Source: Massilicoli timonensis
GTDB lineage: Bacteria > Bacillota_I > Bacilli_A > Erysipelotrichales > Erysipelotrichaceae
Length of the DNA stretch: 32,000 nt
Reading direction: 5' to 3'
NCBI RefSeq assembly: GCF_900199515.1
Contig: NZ_LT963433.1
Coordinates: 240,001-272,000 of the forward strand
Of this stretch, positions 9,941 through 18,762 are shown one piece after another. The translations under genes were made by a program, and so were the position numbers. Position 1 is the first letter of the stretch, and each line of letters begins with the position of its first letter. The notes beneath the pieces are model-generated. The model was not told the origin of the DNA, did no database searches, and saw only the letters and a program-made list of their open reading frames with translations.

Positions 9941-10213
9941 TTATTTCGTCATCTTTGTCAAAGTATGACGCAGCTCCTCCAGTTTTTCTTCTACTCCATC
10001 TCCGCTGACCATCGCATCTTTTACACAGGTTTTCAGATGTCCGTGCAAGATTTCCACATTTGCTTTGCGCATCAAAGCTTCGCTTGCCAATATCTGATTG
10101 GAAATATCAATACAATAGCGATCCTCTTCGATCATTTTCAAGATTCCTTCGATCTGCCCTTTTGCCATATTCAAATATTTGATCGCATAGCGTCTGTTAT
10201 CATTCATTTTCAT
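9941..10213 (-). CDS. csoR: CsoR-family copper-sensing repressor
   Basis: This 90-aa protein (YLNMAKGQIEGILKMIEEDRYCIDISNQILASEALMRKANVEILHGHLKTC) shows the CsoR/RcnR (DUF156) pattern with the Cys and His ligands. It lies directly upstream of copA. Confidence 0.9.
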   Translation of the reverse strand: MKMNDNRRYAIKYLNMAKGQIEGILKMIEEDRYCIDISNQILASEALMRKANVEILHGHLKTCVKDAMVSGDGVEEKLEELRHTLTKMTK

Positions 10214-10220
10214 TACCTCC

Positions 10221-10237
10221 TATACCCCGTATGGGTG
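10221..10237 (-). promoter_or_regulatory. candidate CsoR operator
   Basis: TATACCCCGTATGGGTG contains a GC-tract pseudo-palindrome (ACCC-N-GGGT) of the type bound by CsoR repressors. It lies between the promoter -10 and the csoR RBS. Confidence 0.5.
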
Positions 10238-10246
10238 TTTATGCAC

Positions 10247-10275
10247 ATTATAGATTGTTATTTTATATTTGTCAA
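10247..10275 (-). promoter_or_regulatory. sigma-A promoter of the csoR-copA operon
   Basis: The minus strand reads TTGACA, a 17-nt spacer, then TATAAT. Both hexamers match the consensus. Confidence 0.65.
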
Positions 10276-10368
10276 TGCGGACGCTTTTTTGATTTCAAAA
10301 GCAAAAGCATGCCTTTTGCCACAAAACAGTGTGTTTATGCTATACTGAAAAAAGAAAGAAGGATGTAT

Positions 10369-10773
10369 ATGAAAGAATTGATCGTTGTCTGCGGAATCAT
10401 AAAAATACAAGATACTTACCTGATCGCCAGAAGAAGCGGCGCCATTGATGCGGGGTATTGGGAATTTCCCGGCGGTAAGGTCGAAGCAGGTGAAACGCTG
10501 GAACAGGCGATCGCAAGAGAACTGTATGAAGAATTGCATGTTCAGGTAAAAGCGGAGAAAAAATTATGTCAGATCGTAGATCAGCGTCCTGATGTCGTCC
10601 TGCAGGTACATGCTTTTCTCTGCACGCTGTTAAACGGCACACCGCGCATGCACGTACATGATGCGCTTCGTTATGTCAAAGCCGAAGAGCTTTCAAACTA
10701 TCGCTTTCAGCCGGCTGATCAGCCGATCCTAGACGCCTTGCAAAATAAAAAAGAAGAAACGGCTTTTCCTTGA
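10369..10773 (+). CDS. NUDIX hydrolase (MutT/8-oxo-dGTP diphosphatase-like)
   Basis: It carries a Nudix box (GGKVEAGETLEQAIARELYEELHV). The start is taken at ATG 10369 (MKELIVV), after AGAAGGA. An ATG at 10363 is an alternative start. Confidence 0.85.
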   Translation: MKELIVVCGIIKIQDTYLIARRSGAIDAGYWEFPGGKVEAGETLEQAIARELYEELHVQVKAEKKLCQIVDQRPDVVLQVHAFLCTLLNGTPRMHVHDALRYVKAEELSNYRFQPADQPILDALQNKKEETAFP

Positions 10774-10818
10774 TCAAGCAGATCGCTTGTCTTTTGCCTA
10801 CATTTCTTCCCTTTGATC

Positions 10819-10843
10819 ACGCAGTCCTCATCTGCGTTTTTTT
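10819..10843 (+). terminator. rho-independent terminator after the NUDIX gene
   Basis: ACGCAG-tcctcat-CTGCGT followed by TTTTTTT. Confidence 0.6.
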
Positions 10844-11780
10844 ATGGTTTCTTTTTATGAACCTGCACCTGTTTTTTCAACGCTTCCACCGTTTCGCGAT
10901 CGCCGCATGCGCTTTCTTCGCACATCAGTGCAGAAGCAGCGGCCGCCATGCTCAGCTTGACCAGCTCTTCCATCGGATATTGACGCTGTAACGCCAAAGC
11001 TGCGGCAGCGCACATCGCATCTCCGGCACCGACCGCAGAAACGATCGGCACCGACAGGGCATCGGCTTCCATGCGTGCATCACGGCTCACAAACACCGCT
11101 CCCTGCGCACCTAGTGACAAGATGACCAAAGCAATGCCATCATCCACCAGCCTCTGACATGCCTCGATCAGTTCTTCCTTTGTCACCGTCTGCTCCTCTG
11201 CCCCCAGATAACGGCATAATTCCTCACGATTTGGTTTTATGACATGCGGCTTTGCCTCTATGCCATAGCGAAGCAAATCGCCATCCGCATCCAGCACCAC
11301 CGATACTTGTTTTTCCTTCAGTTTTTCACAAAGGCTTTGATAGATCGTAACCGGTACATTGGAAGGCACACTGCCGGACAGCACCACGACATCTTGTGCC
11401 TGTGCAAGGCGCATCAGCTTCATCTCCAGTTCGAGCAACGCGACCTCGTCGATTTTCGGGCCGTCTTCATTGAATTCACTCAAATTATGGTCTTGATCGA
11501 TCAGCTTTAGATTCGTGCGCGTATTGCCTTGCACCCGTACCATATCATTGGAAATTCCCAGCTGATCCAGCTCCTGTATGATTTCTAAACCAACGCTGCC
11601 GCCGATCAAGCCGATCGCCAAAGAACGGCCGCCTAAACGTGCGATCGAGCGGGAAACATTGATGCCTTTGCCGCCGGCATGGGAACGAATCTCCTGTAAA
11701 CGGTTCAACCCGCCGTAATGAAATGTCTTTAGTTTCGCAAACTTATCCAACGCCGGATTCATCGTAACTGTAATGATCAT
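10842..11780 (-). CDS. PfkB-family sugar-phosphate kinase (1-phosphofructokinase / tagatose-6-phosphate kinase type)
   Basis: MIITVTMNPALDKF...GGKGINVSR...AVGAGDAM is the 1-PFK/LacC subfamily pattern. Confidence 0.85.
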   Translation of the reverse strand: MIITVTMNPALDKFAKLKTFHYGGLNRLQEIRSHAGGKGINVSRSIARLGGRSLAIGLIGGSVGLEIIQELDQLGISNDMVRVQGNTRTNLKLIDQDHNLSEFNEDGPKIDEVALLELEMKLMRLAQAQDVVVLSGSVPSNVPVTIYQSLCEKLKEKQVSVVLDADGDLLRYGIEAKPHVIKPNREELCRYLGAEEQTVTKEELIEACQRLVDDGIALVILSLGAQGAVFVSRDARMEADALSVPIVSAVGAGDAMCAAAALALQRQYPMEELVKLSMAAAASALMCEESACGDRETVEALKKQVQVHKKKP

Positions 11781-11888
11781 ACCATCACCTCATATTTAGA
11801 TTACCCTGCTTTCCTTTGCTTAAACCATGCAGGGCCATTTCTTTTCCTCTTTTTCCACCCTTTTATCCATAAGCCGCAAAATAGCACC

Positions 11889-13205
11889 TCACCGTTTTCG
11901 CTTCAAATGTACGATTGCTTCGATTGCGGCTGTCTGTGAAAACAGATCGATCGGAATGATCGTTTTCACTTCATAGCGCTGCTGCAGCAGATCCAGATTT
12001 TTGCCCAGTGTCGCCGGATTACAGGAGATATAAATGATCTCTTGGATCTTGCTTTGCAACAGTGTTCCAAGCATCGCATAATCAAGACCGCTGCGCGGCG
12101 GATCGACTACCAATAGATCGATCTTGCCTTTCTTTGAAAGATAAGTCAGTTCTTCAGCCGCATCGCCGCACACAAATTTAACATTGTCAATGTGATTGAG
12201 CGAAGCGATCGCATGCGCATTCTGCACCGCATCCGCTATGCTTTCAATACCGATTACCTGATCCGCATGTCCATGCAGAAACAAAGAGATCGCCCCGATG
12301 CCGCTGTAAGCCTCCACGATCGTACCATAGCGCTTTCCCGTTAACAAAGAAGCCGCCTTTTGATACAAGACCTCTGCCTGTTTCGTATTCAACTGGAAAA
12401 AAGAACGGGGATTTATCTGCATGCGATAACCGCCGAATAAAAATCTCAACTGCTTCGCCCCGCCAAGAAAGATCATCTTTTTCCCAAATACATCGACGCT
12501 TTTTTTCACCGTATTGATGCTTTGCCAAAGCGAAACGATCGCTTCACAATCAAGCAGATCGGCGATCAGCTCCTGTGTGAGCACATCCTCGCCGCTTACC
12601 AGCGTTACCTGACATTTCCCCTGAAATGTCCGGATGATCAAAGAACGCATGCCGCTTTTCTTATGGTAGTCATAAGCTTTGATCCCATGCTTGTTCAAAA
12701 TATGTAACACTTCCTTGCGTACCGTTTCGATCAGCGGATCATGGATCACACAGTTTTTCACCGAAGCAAAATAATTGCTTCCCGGCAAATACATGCCGCT
12801 GCACAGCTTGCCTTGTTCCATCTGCAACGGCAGTTTACATTGATTGCGATAATGCAAAGGCTGCTCATTGGCAATGATTTCCTCTATGCGGCTTGGCTCG
12901 ATCTTGGCATATTTCATCAGCGTCTGCGCCAAAATATCCCTTTTTGCCTTTAACTGCTTTTCATATGCCAAATGCATCATCGAACAGGCACGACAGCGAT
13001 GGGCAAAAGCACAGGCCGGTCTTATCCGATCACGGCTTTCCTTCACGATCTTTTCGATCCGTGCCTTATAATAAGTGCCATATCCTTGCAGATCTTTGAT
13101 CTCCACTAATTCCTGCGGCAGCGCCCCTTCGATGAACACCGGCTTCTTCTGATAATACGCAATGCCTTCCCCGTTGATTCCCATCTTTTCGATCTTCAAT
13201 CTCAT
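11889..13205 (-). CDS. 23S rRNA (uracil-C5)-methyltransferase, RlmCD/RumA-like
   Basis: It has an N-terminal TRAM-like segment, a Cys cluster (CAFAHRCRAC) and a C-terminal SAM-methyltransferase motif with the catalytic Cys (DPPRSGL...ISCNPATL). Confidence 0.85.
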   Translation of the reverse strand: MRLKIEKMGINGEGIAYYQKKPVFIEGALPQELVEIKDLQGYGTYYKARIEKIVKESRDRIRPACAFAHRCRACSMMHLAYEKQLKAKRDILAQTLMKYAKIEPSRIEEIIANEQPLHYRNQCKLPLQMEQGKLCSGMYLPGSNYFASVKNCVIHDPLIETVRKEVLHILNKHGIKAYDYHKKSGMRSLIIRTFQGKCQVTLVSGEDVLTQELIADLLDCEAIVSLWQSINTVKKSVDVFGKKMIFLGGAKQLRFLFGGYRMQINPRSFFQLNTKQAEVLYQKAASLLTGKRYGTIVEAYSGIGAISLFLHGHADQVIGIESIADAVQNAHAIASLNHIDNVKFVCGDAAEELTYLSKKGKIDLLVVDPPRSGLDYAMLGTLLQSKIQEIIYISCNPATLGKNLDLLQQRYEVKTIIPIDLFSQTAAIEAIVHLKRKR

Positions 13206-13228
13206 ATCTGTTTTCCTTTCCTAAAACA

Positions 13229-14065
13229 TCACTTTCTTTGTGATCGTTTCCTTCTTTTACACTTCTTTATGATCCGTTCCACCAGTGTTTCGCAGAACGT
13301 GAAATAAGCTTCGTGCTTCATCGGCAGTAAATGCTCTTTCTGATAATAATCCGACAGTACGATATTCAAACAAAAGCCGAAATACAAAATACCGGCGATG
13401 ATATAGATTGCCAAGAGCAATGTAACCAAGGATCCAAGCGGACCGTAAATCGTATCATAGTGAAAAAAGGTATCAATGATATATAAATACAGATAAGCGA
13501 CGGCCAAGATGCCGGCAGTCGCAAACATTGCCCCGATCAATCCGAATAAAGGCGCACGCTTTCGATAAGAAAGCACGCGGTAAAGCATGGTAAACAAAAT
13601 TACCATCGCCATCGAAGATACAAGCGGCAAATATGCTTTTAAGTATGTGCCGATCATAATCGCGGCCACGACTCCTACTGCCGCTATGACAAACAAGATG
13701 ATCGACTGTAAACGAATCGCAAACTTGGGAACATCGACTTCTTCATGATTGGCGGAAATCATTAAAAAAGAGTAAATGCTGCGGCTTGCCATCCAGAAGG
13801 AAGGGATCATCGTCGTAATGGCCGGAATCACATTGGTTTCCGAGGCCAAAAAAGAGGCAAGCATCGGAATCGTCGTCCCTTCCGGCAAATATTCAAAGAA
13901 AAAGCGGATCGCATCATCTAAATCCAAATAGGCAAAGCGAAACAGCAAAGCAAAAATAATCAAAGAAGGCGCGATCGCCAGCAGCAGGGAAAAAGAAAGC
14001 GCATAGCGAAATAAACTGCCTTCCGATGAGGAAAACTCTTGATACAATGCTTTGATCTTGCTCAT
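13229..14065 (-). CDS. YihY/BrkB-family membrane protein
   Basis: It is a multi-pass membrane protein whose N-terminus (YQEFSSSEGSLFRYALSFSLLLAIAPSLII) is typical of the YihY family. Confidence 0.75.
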   Translation of the reverse strand: MSKIKALYQEFSSSEGSLFRYALSFSLLLAIAPSLIIFALLFRFAYLDLDDAIRFFFEYLPEGTTIPMLASFLASETNVIPAITTMIPSFWMASRSIYSFLMISANHEEVDVPKFAIRLQSIILFVIAAVGVVAAIMIGTYLKAYLPLVSSMAMVILFTMLYRVLSYRKRAPLFGLIGAMFATAGILAVAYLYLYIIDTFFHYDTIYGPLGSLVTLLLAIYIIAGILYFGFCLNIVLSDYYQKEHLLPMKHEAYFTFCETLVERIIKKCKRRKRSQRK

Positions 14066-14078
14066 CCTCTCACCTCAT

Positions 14079-14528
14079 TTAAGAATCATACGCCTCTATT
14101 GCTTTTTTTATTTTACCACAATCCGGCGCAACAATCACGACATCTTGACTGCCGCAGGCATAAACTTTCCCCTTCAGTGTGATCTTTTTTTCTTCTTGTA
14201 CCTTTTGACAGTAGACGTTGATGTGTTTTGCCAGCGTTTCTCTTTCACTTTCCTTTTTCCAAGTAATGACGGCGATAAAAGAGGGATCCTGCACAAGCAT
14301 GGATTCATAAAGGGTAATTGCCGCAACCTCATTTGCTTCCAGTGACAGTTTCGCAAGTGCGCTTTTACGATCTAATGAGACTTCATAATACAAGGTCTGC
14401 TGCTCATTTGCCGCTCTGCCGTTGATCGCCGCCAAAAGTTGTTTTTCATCGATCGTTTCACCATCACAAAGCGCTCTACCACACCCAAACAGGCAAAGCG
14501 CCGCAATCAGAAAAAAATATTTTTTCAT
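14079..14528 (-). CDS. lipoprotein of unknown function (possibly DUF4358-like)
   Basis: A signal peptide with a lipobox (MKKYFFLIAALCLFGC) and a good RBS (GGGAGG). It is tightly packed with the downstream yihY-like gene. Confidence 0.7.
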   Translation of the reverse strand: MKKYFFLIAALCLFGCGRALCDGETIDEKQLLAAINGRAANEQQTLYYEVSLDRKSALAKLSLEANEVAAITLYESMLVQDPSFIAVITWKKESERETLAKHINVYCQKVQEEKKITLKGKVYACGSQDVVIVAPDCGKIKKAIEAYDS

Positions 14529-14710
14529 AGCGTCCTCCCATTCATTCCCTTCTCTTTTCTACTGTATGTGAAAAAAAGTCGAATCATGCCATGGAAAAAT
14601 ATCATGCAAACAGCCAGAAAAAAATCATCTCTTACAAGTAAATGACAAATCACGCCATACCGTCTTGAAATGATCAATTCCTTGCGAGATGATTGAATCG
14701 TTGAGTCTTT

Positions 14711-15109
14711 TTAGTCGTTTTGCGCCCATTCCGGCACATCATTGCCACGATGAATCAAGACCGCTTTTTGAAACTGTGTCTGATTTAAGAAACTCATGAT
14801 CTCATATTCTTCTTCTTCACTGCATCCGATCAGCAGCTTTACTTCACAGTCCTTTTTTAAGATGTCGGCGCTGATGGCAACGGCGCTGACCTGTGTACCG
14901 CCCATGCTGCCGCGGAATACATCTACCGGCGGCTGCTGCTCTTTCGACTGCGGTGTCGGATCAGCCAAATAGCCATAATCAACCGGATACACCAGATTGG
15001 AATATTTATAATGACAGGTGTTTTTCGGTCGATCGATCACCAGCTTGCTGGAAAGTACGATCGTGTCGAGCTTCTGCCAAAAAAACGCGTTATTTTCAAA
15101 TTGCTTCAT
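14711..15109 (-). CDS. hypothetical protein (about 133 aa)
   Basis: This is ORF 14711..15193 trimmed to ATG 15109 (MKQFENNAFF...), which follows GGAGGAAG. It lies 26 nt downstream of the FMN-enzyme gene. I cannot assign a family. Confidence 0.5.
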   Translation of the reverse strand: MKQFENNAFFWQKLDTIVLSSKLVIDRPKNTCHYKYSNLVYPVDYGYLADPTPQSKEQQPPVDVFRGSMGGTQVSAVAISADILKKDCEVKLLIGCSEEEEYEIMSFLNQTQFQKAVLIHRGNDVPEWAQND

Positions 15110-15135
15110 AGTTCTTCCTCCTAATAGGTATGTTA

Positions 15136-16161
15136 CTAAAACAGGACCTTTACATGTTCTCTGCTGATTTCCGAGATCTTTTTGACGCCGCACATCGCCA
15201 TCGTTTCTCTTAACTCTAAAGCGATCTTCTCTAAATAGATCTTGACGCCCTCCGCACCATCGCCGATCACTGCCAGCGAAAGCGGTCTGCCGATCAATAC
15301 GCCATCAGCTCCTAACGCCAATGCTTTGAATACATCTAAACCGCTGCGAAAACCTCCGTCTACCAAGATGCGCATACCGCTGCCTTTCAGCGCATCGACA
15401 ATTTCCGGCAGCACTTCAATGCCCGACAAGCATTCATCTAATACACGCCCCCCATGATTAGATACAATGATCGCATCGGCCCCGGCCTCTTTTGCTTTCA
15501 AAGCGCCTTTTACCGATAAGATCCCTTTCACGATCAGCGGTCGATTCGCCAATTTCTTGAGTGCCCGCAGTCCTTCCACATCCTTAAAGCCGACCGGTGT
15601 CACACTATTGCGTAGATTCGTAAGTCCGCTCGCATCGACATCGGTAGCAATCGCTAAAACACCAGCTTCGCATGCCGCCTCTGCCCGCCACTGAAAATCT
15701 TTTTCCTGCCACGGCTTGATCGTCGCTACACCACGGCCATTTCGCTTGGCAAGCGCCGCTAATGGATCTAAAAACATTGCGTCATACATGCCATCACCGG
15801 TAAACGCGATCGTTCCTGCCTGTAAACAGCCTTCCACCAGCATTTCAGTATATGCGCCGTCTTCCAGATCCGCACCATAATTCTGTCTGATGCCGCTGAT
15901 CGGCGCCGCATAGACCGGCAAAGATACCCGATGTCCGAAAAAATCCGCAGAAGTGTCGATCTCCTCATTGGTCGTAATGGTGTCCAGCACCAAAAGCACA
16001 TCACGCAGTTTTTCATAATTGCGCACAAACGCTTCACCACTGCCCTTTCCACCTACGCCCGGTGTTTCCCCACGGCATGCTTTCCCATTACAGATCTTAC
16101 AGCAATGACATTTTTCTGCCTTGACTTTTGCGGCTTCCAGCACCTCGCTCCACTGTTCCAT
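15136..16161 (-). CDS. FMN-dependent alpha-hydroxy-acid oxidising/dehydrogenase family protein with a Cys-rich N-terminus
   Basis: TIM-barrel FMN-enzyme pattern (...ATIKPW...IVKGILS...GADAIIVSNHGGR...VDGGFRSG.DVFKALALGADGVLIGRP). The start at 16161 follows GGGAGA. Confidence 0.8.
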   Translation of the reverse strand: MEQWSEVLEAAKVKAEKCHCCKICNGKACRGETPGVGGKGSGEAFVRNYEKLRDVLLVLDTITTNEEIDTSADFFGHRVSLPVYAAPISGIRQNYGADLEDGAYTEMLVEGCLQAGTIAFTGDGMYDAMFLDPLAALAKRNGRGVATIKPWQEKDFQWRAEAACEAGVLAIATDVDASGLTNLRNSVTPVGFKDVEGLRALKKLANRPLIVKGILSVKGALKAKEAGADAIIVSNHGGRVLDECLSGIEVLPEIVDALKGSGMRILVDGGFRSGLDVFKALALGADGVLIGRPLSLAVIGDGAEGVKIYLEKIALELRETMAMCGVKKISEISREHVKVLF

Positions 16162-16198
16162 TCTCCCGACACTCCTTCCATACACGACTTATGATATA

Positions 16199-16227
16199 TT
16201 ATACAATTTATGAAAATGATAATCAAC
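16199..16227 (-). promoter_or_regulatory. sigma-A promoter for the 16161..14711 gene pair
   Basis: The minus strand reads TTGATT, a 17-nt spacer, then TATAAT, about 35 nt upstream of the start codon. Confidence 0.5.
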
Positions 16228-16635
16228 ACCTAACCTATTTTTTTCATTTGTTACATGCAGAGTTGTTTCATTCTTTTTACATTCCTATCCGCTGCATCAA
16301 ATGCCCACATGAGTCAAACCGATCAGTGAAAGCAATTTGATCAACGCCCTTAAATAAGATGATCCGATCCTCTCTTATAAAATGCTCACAGCTGCCATAT
16401 CGTCTTTGCAATAAGCACATGGCAGGCAAAAGGATAGAAAGAATTGATGTAGATATACATAAAAGCTGGTATAATAACGATGAAGCGTTCCGTAATTTTA
16501 ATAAAAGGGATCATTGCGCATAAAAGATCGTGACTATGAAAAGTATGGGATCGTTAGAAAGGGCATGCGTGGTGTGCAAAATGAATGGAAGCAGCAAGCA
16601 TTTACTTGAAATAAACGCACAGGGAGGTGAAAAGG

Positions 16636-16851
16636 ATGATAAAACTGACAGACGAACAAAAAGTGTTTTTGAGAGAAAAATTTGAAAACGCGGAGGAAAT
16701 GATTTCCTCTGATGATATCAATGATATCTTAGATCCTCTTGATGATTTAATTCTTGAGGAAGGATATGATGATGACTGGGAATTTAACGATACCGGCAGA
16801 AAGTATCAGAAGATATATGATGATATTTATTGGGACAATAGGCGCAACTAA
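16636..16851 (+). CDS. small, highly acidic hypothetical protein (71 aa)
   Basis: The ATG at 16636 lies 8 nt after GGGAGG; the ORF track starts 3 codons earlier at a GTG. I counted 22 D/E versus 9 K/R. It is followed by a weak GCGC hairpin and a T-run. Confidence 0.5.
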   Translation: MIKLTDEQKVFLREKFENAEEMISSDDINDILDPLDDLILEEGYDDDWEFNDTGRKYQKIYDDIYWDNRRN

Positions 16852-16973
16852 GCGCTTTTATTTTGAAAGCTGTCATCATAAGAAGCAAGTCTTCGCTTTT
16901 TATGATTTCATTTGTTTTGTTCTCATTTCAACGATTGCAAAGAAAACAAATCATTGCCGATCGCTGCACAAGC

Positions 16974-17008
16974 ATAAAAAAACCTATCGCATCATGAACG
17001 CGAATAGG
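16974..17008 (-). terminator. rho-independent terminator after the thioredoxin-like gene
   Basis: The minus strand reads CCTATTCGC-gttcatgat-GCGATAGG followed by TTTTTTT. Confidence 0.55.
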
Positions 17009-17067
17009 CCTTCTTATCAGTTGCTTATTAGCAGGCAAAAACAATGCAAGGTGTAAAAGAACCCGCT

Positions 17068-17496
17068 TTACTCCTGTTCGTCTAATTTGTGATCACGCAC
17101 AAACTCATCAAATTCATTTGCGGTCATCGATCCGGCCTGATGCGCTTTGATCTTGCCGTTTTCAATGACATATAGATCCGGTGTTCCCTTAAATTCAGGG
17201 AAATCCTTTTGGATCTCTTCCAATGTCAAATATTTTCCATCTACCATTAACTGTGCTTCTAAAATATCGACATGATGCGTCGGCAAATACTCTTCCAGCA
17301 TTTCCTTGAGAACCTGACAATGCTGGCAATAGTCATTCGTCAATAATAAATTAAATGTTTTCCCGTCTTCAATCATCTGAAGCGCATCCTGATAAGCGAC
17401 GCTTTCCAATGATCCCGGTGTTTCATCTCTTGTATAAGAGCAGGCGCTGCACAAAAAGATCATAAGCATACAGCACAGTCCTTTTATTACTTTCAT
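17068..17496 (-). CDS. thioredoxin-fold lipoprotein
   Basis: A signal peptide with a lipobox (MIFLCSAC) and a CxxC redox motif (DYCQHCQ). The start at 17496 lies 6 nt after GGAGG. Confidence 0.75.
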   Translation of the reverse strand: MKVIKGLCCMLMIFLCSACSYTRDETPGSLESVAYQDALQMIEDGKTFNLLLTNDYCQHCQVLKEMLEEYLPTHHVDILEAQLMVDGKYLTLEEIQKDFPEFKGTPDLYVIENGKIKAHQAGSMTANEFDEFVRDHKLDEQE

Positions 17497-17557
17497 GCAC
17501 ATCCTCCTTTGGCATATTTATTATACCCAAAGCATGCGCATTACTCAAATCTTTTTT

Positions 17558-18706
17558 TTATTTATTTGGTTCGATAAGAACGGTGTGTTCCAATAGATGC
17601 ATGATCGAAAAAGCAGTTGCTTCCAGTTTGTCTTTCGCCTGTTCCAGCGCTTGCTGAAAGGTCATCGCCCGATCGGCGATCGAAAAGATACCGGCAAAGC
17701 CAAGTTCATAAAGCTCCATATAGCCAAGTCCCAAAGCTCCGCTGATTATGATACACGGTTTTTCATACTGCCTGGCGACCTTTAAGATTCCTACCGGCAC
17801 TTTGCCGTATTTCGTCTGTGCATCGCTTTGTCCTTCTCCGGTGATCACCAGATCACAGGTTTCCACCTGTTTTGGCAGATCGCTGTATTCTATCAGCAAT
17901 TCAATGCCGGGGCGCATCTTGGCATGAAGCAGCGCCTGCAATACCGCACCGATGCCGCCTGCCGCTCCGCCTCCCTCATATAAATTCATATTGATCTTCG
18001 TTACCCGGCGAATATGATAGCAGTAATTGACCATGCCTCTTTCAATGCGCGGGATCTGATTGGGATATAGACCCTTCTGCTTGCCGAATACATAAGTCGC
18101 GCCCTGTTCTCCCAGCAGATAATTTTTTACATCACAGGCGGCAATCAGTTCAATGCCCTCCATATCGGGCAGCCGACGCAGATCGAGATAGCGCACCTTT
18201 TCCAGATTCTGTGCCTGTCCCAACAATCGCTGATGCGCACTGTCATAAAACCTTGCCCCAAGCGCCATTAACATCCCCATGCCGCCGTCATTGGTGCAGC
18301 TGCCTCCCAAAGCGATGATGATCTTCTTGATGCCGCTTTCTATCAAATGCTTCAATACCAATCCCACGCCATAACTGGTCGCATACATCGGTGAACGGCG
18401 ATCTCTTGGATACAGGCTCAATCCGATGATATTGGCAACTTCCATCACAGCGGTTTTTCCATCTTCGATCAGCGCATACTGACAAAGCCGCGGTTTCATA
18501 TATGCGTCTTTTGTTTCAAATGTGATCAGTTCCCCTTTTCCGGCTGCACAAAAGGCTTCCACCGTGCCCTCGCCCCCATCCGCGATCTGAAAAGCAGATA
18601 CTTCATGCTGTGCATTTTCCCGCAAGATGCCCGCTTTGATATGGGCCGCTGCCTCTTCGCTGCTCAAACAGCCCTTGAAAGAATCACAGGCTACCACTAT
18701 TTTCAT
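17558..18706 (-). CDS. glxK: glycerate kinase
   Basis: MKIVVACDSFKGCLSSEEAA...ITGEGQSDAQTKYGKVP is the glycerate kinase family pattern. Confidence 0.9.
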   Translation of the reverse strand: MKIVVACDSFKGCLSSEEAAAHIKAGILRENAQHEVSAFQIADGGEGTVEAFCAAGKGELITFETKDAYMKPRLCQYALIEDGKTAVMEVANIIGLSLYPRDRRSPMYATSYGVGLVLKHLIESGIKKIIIALGGSCTNDGGMGMLMALGARFYDSAHQRLLGQAQNLEKVRYLDLRRLPDMEGIELIAACDVKNYLLGEQGATYVFGKQKGLYPNQIPRIERGMVNYCYHIRRVTKINMNLYEGGGAAGGIGAVLQALLHAKMRPGIELLIEYSDLPKQVETCDLVITGEGQSDAQTKYGKVPVGILKVARQYEKPCIIISGALGLGYMELYELGFAGIFSIADRAMTFQQALEQAKDKLEATAFSIMHLLEHTVLIEPNK

Positions 18707-18762
18707 ACGATCACCTACCTTACTTGCTATTATACAGGCAAGTGTTTGTGAAAAGCAATCTT

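Noticed and set aside
16536-16685. A 49-aa ORF (MKSMGSLERACVVCKMNGSSKHLLEIN...) in the leader, overlapping the start of the acidic protein gene.
   Set aside because: It has no RBS, it overlaps the better-supported ORF in another frame, and a single CxxC pair is not enough to call a zinc-ribbon protein.
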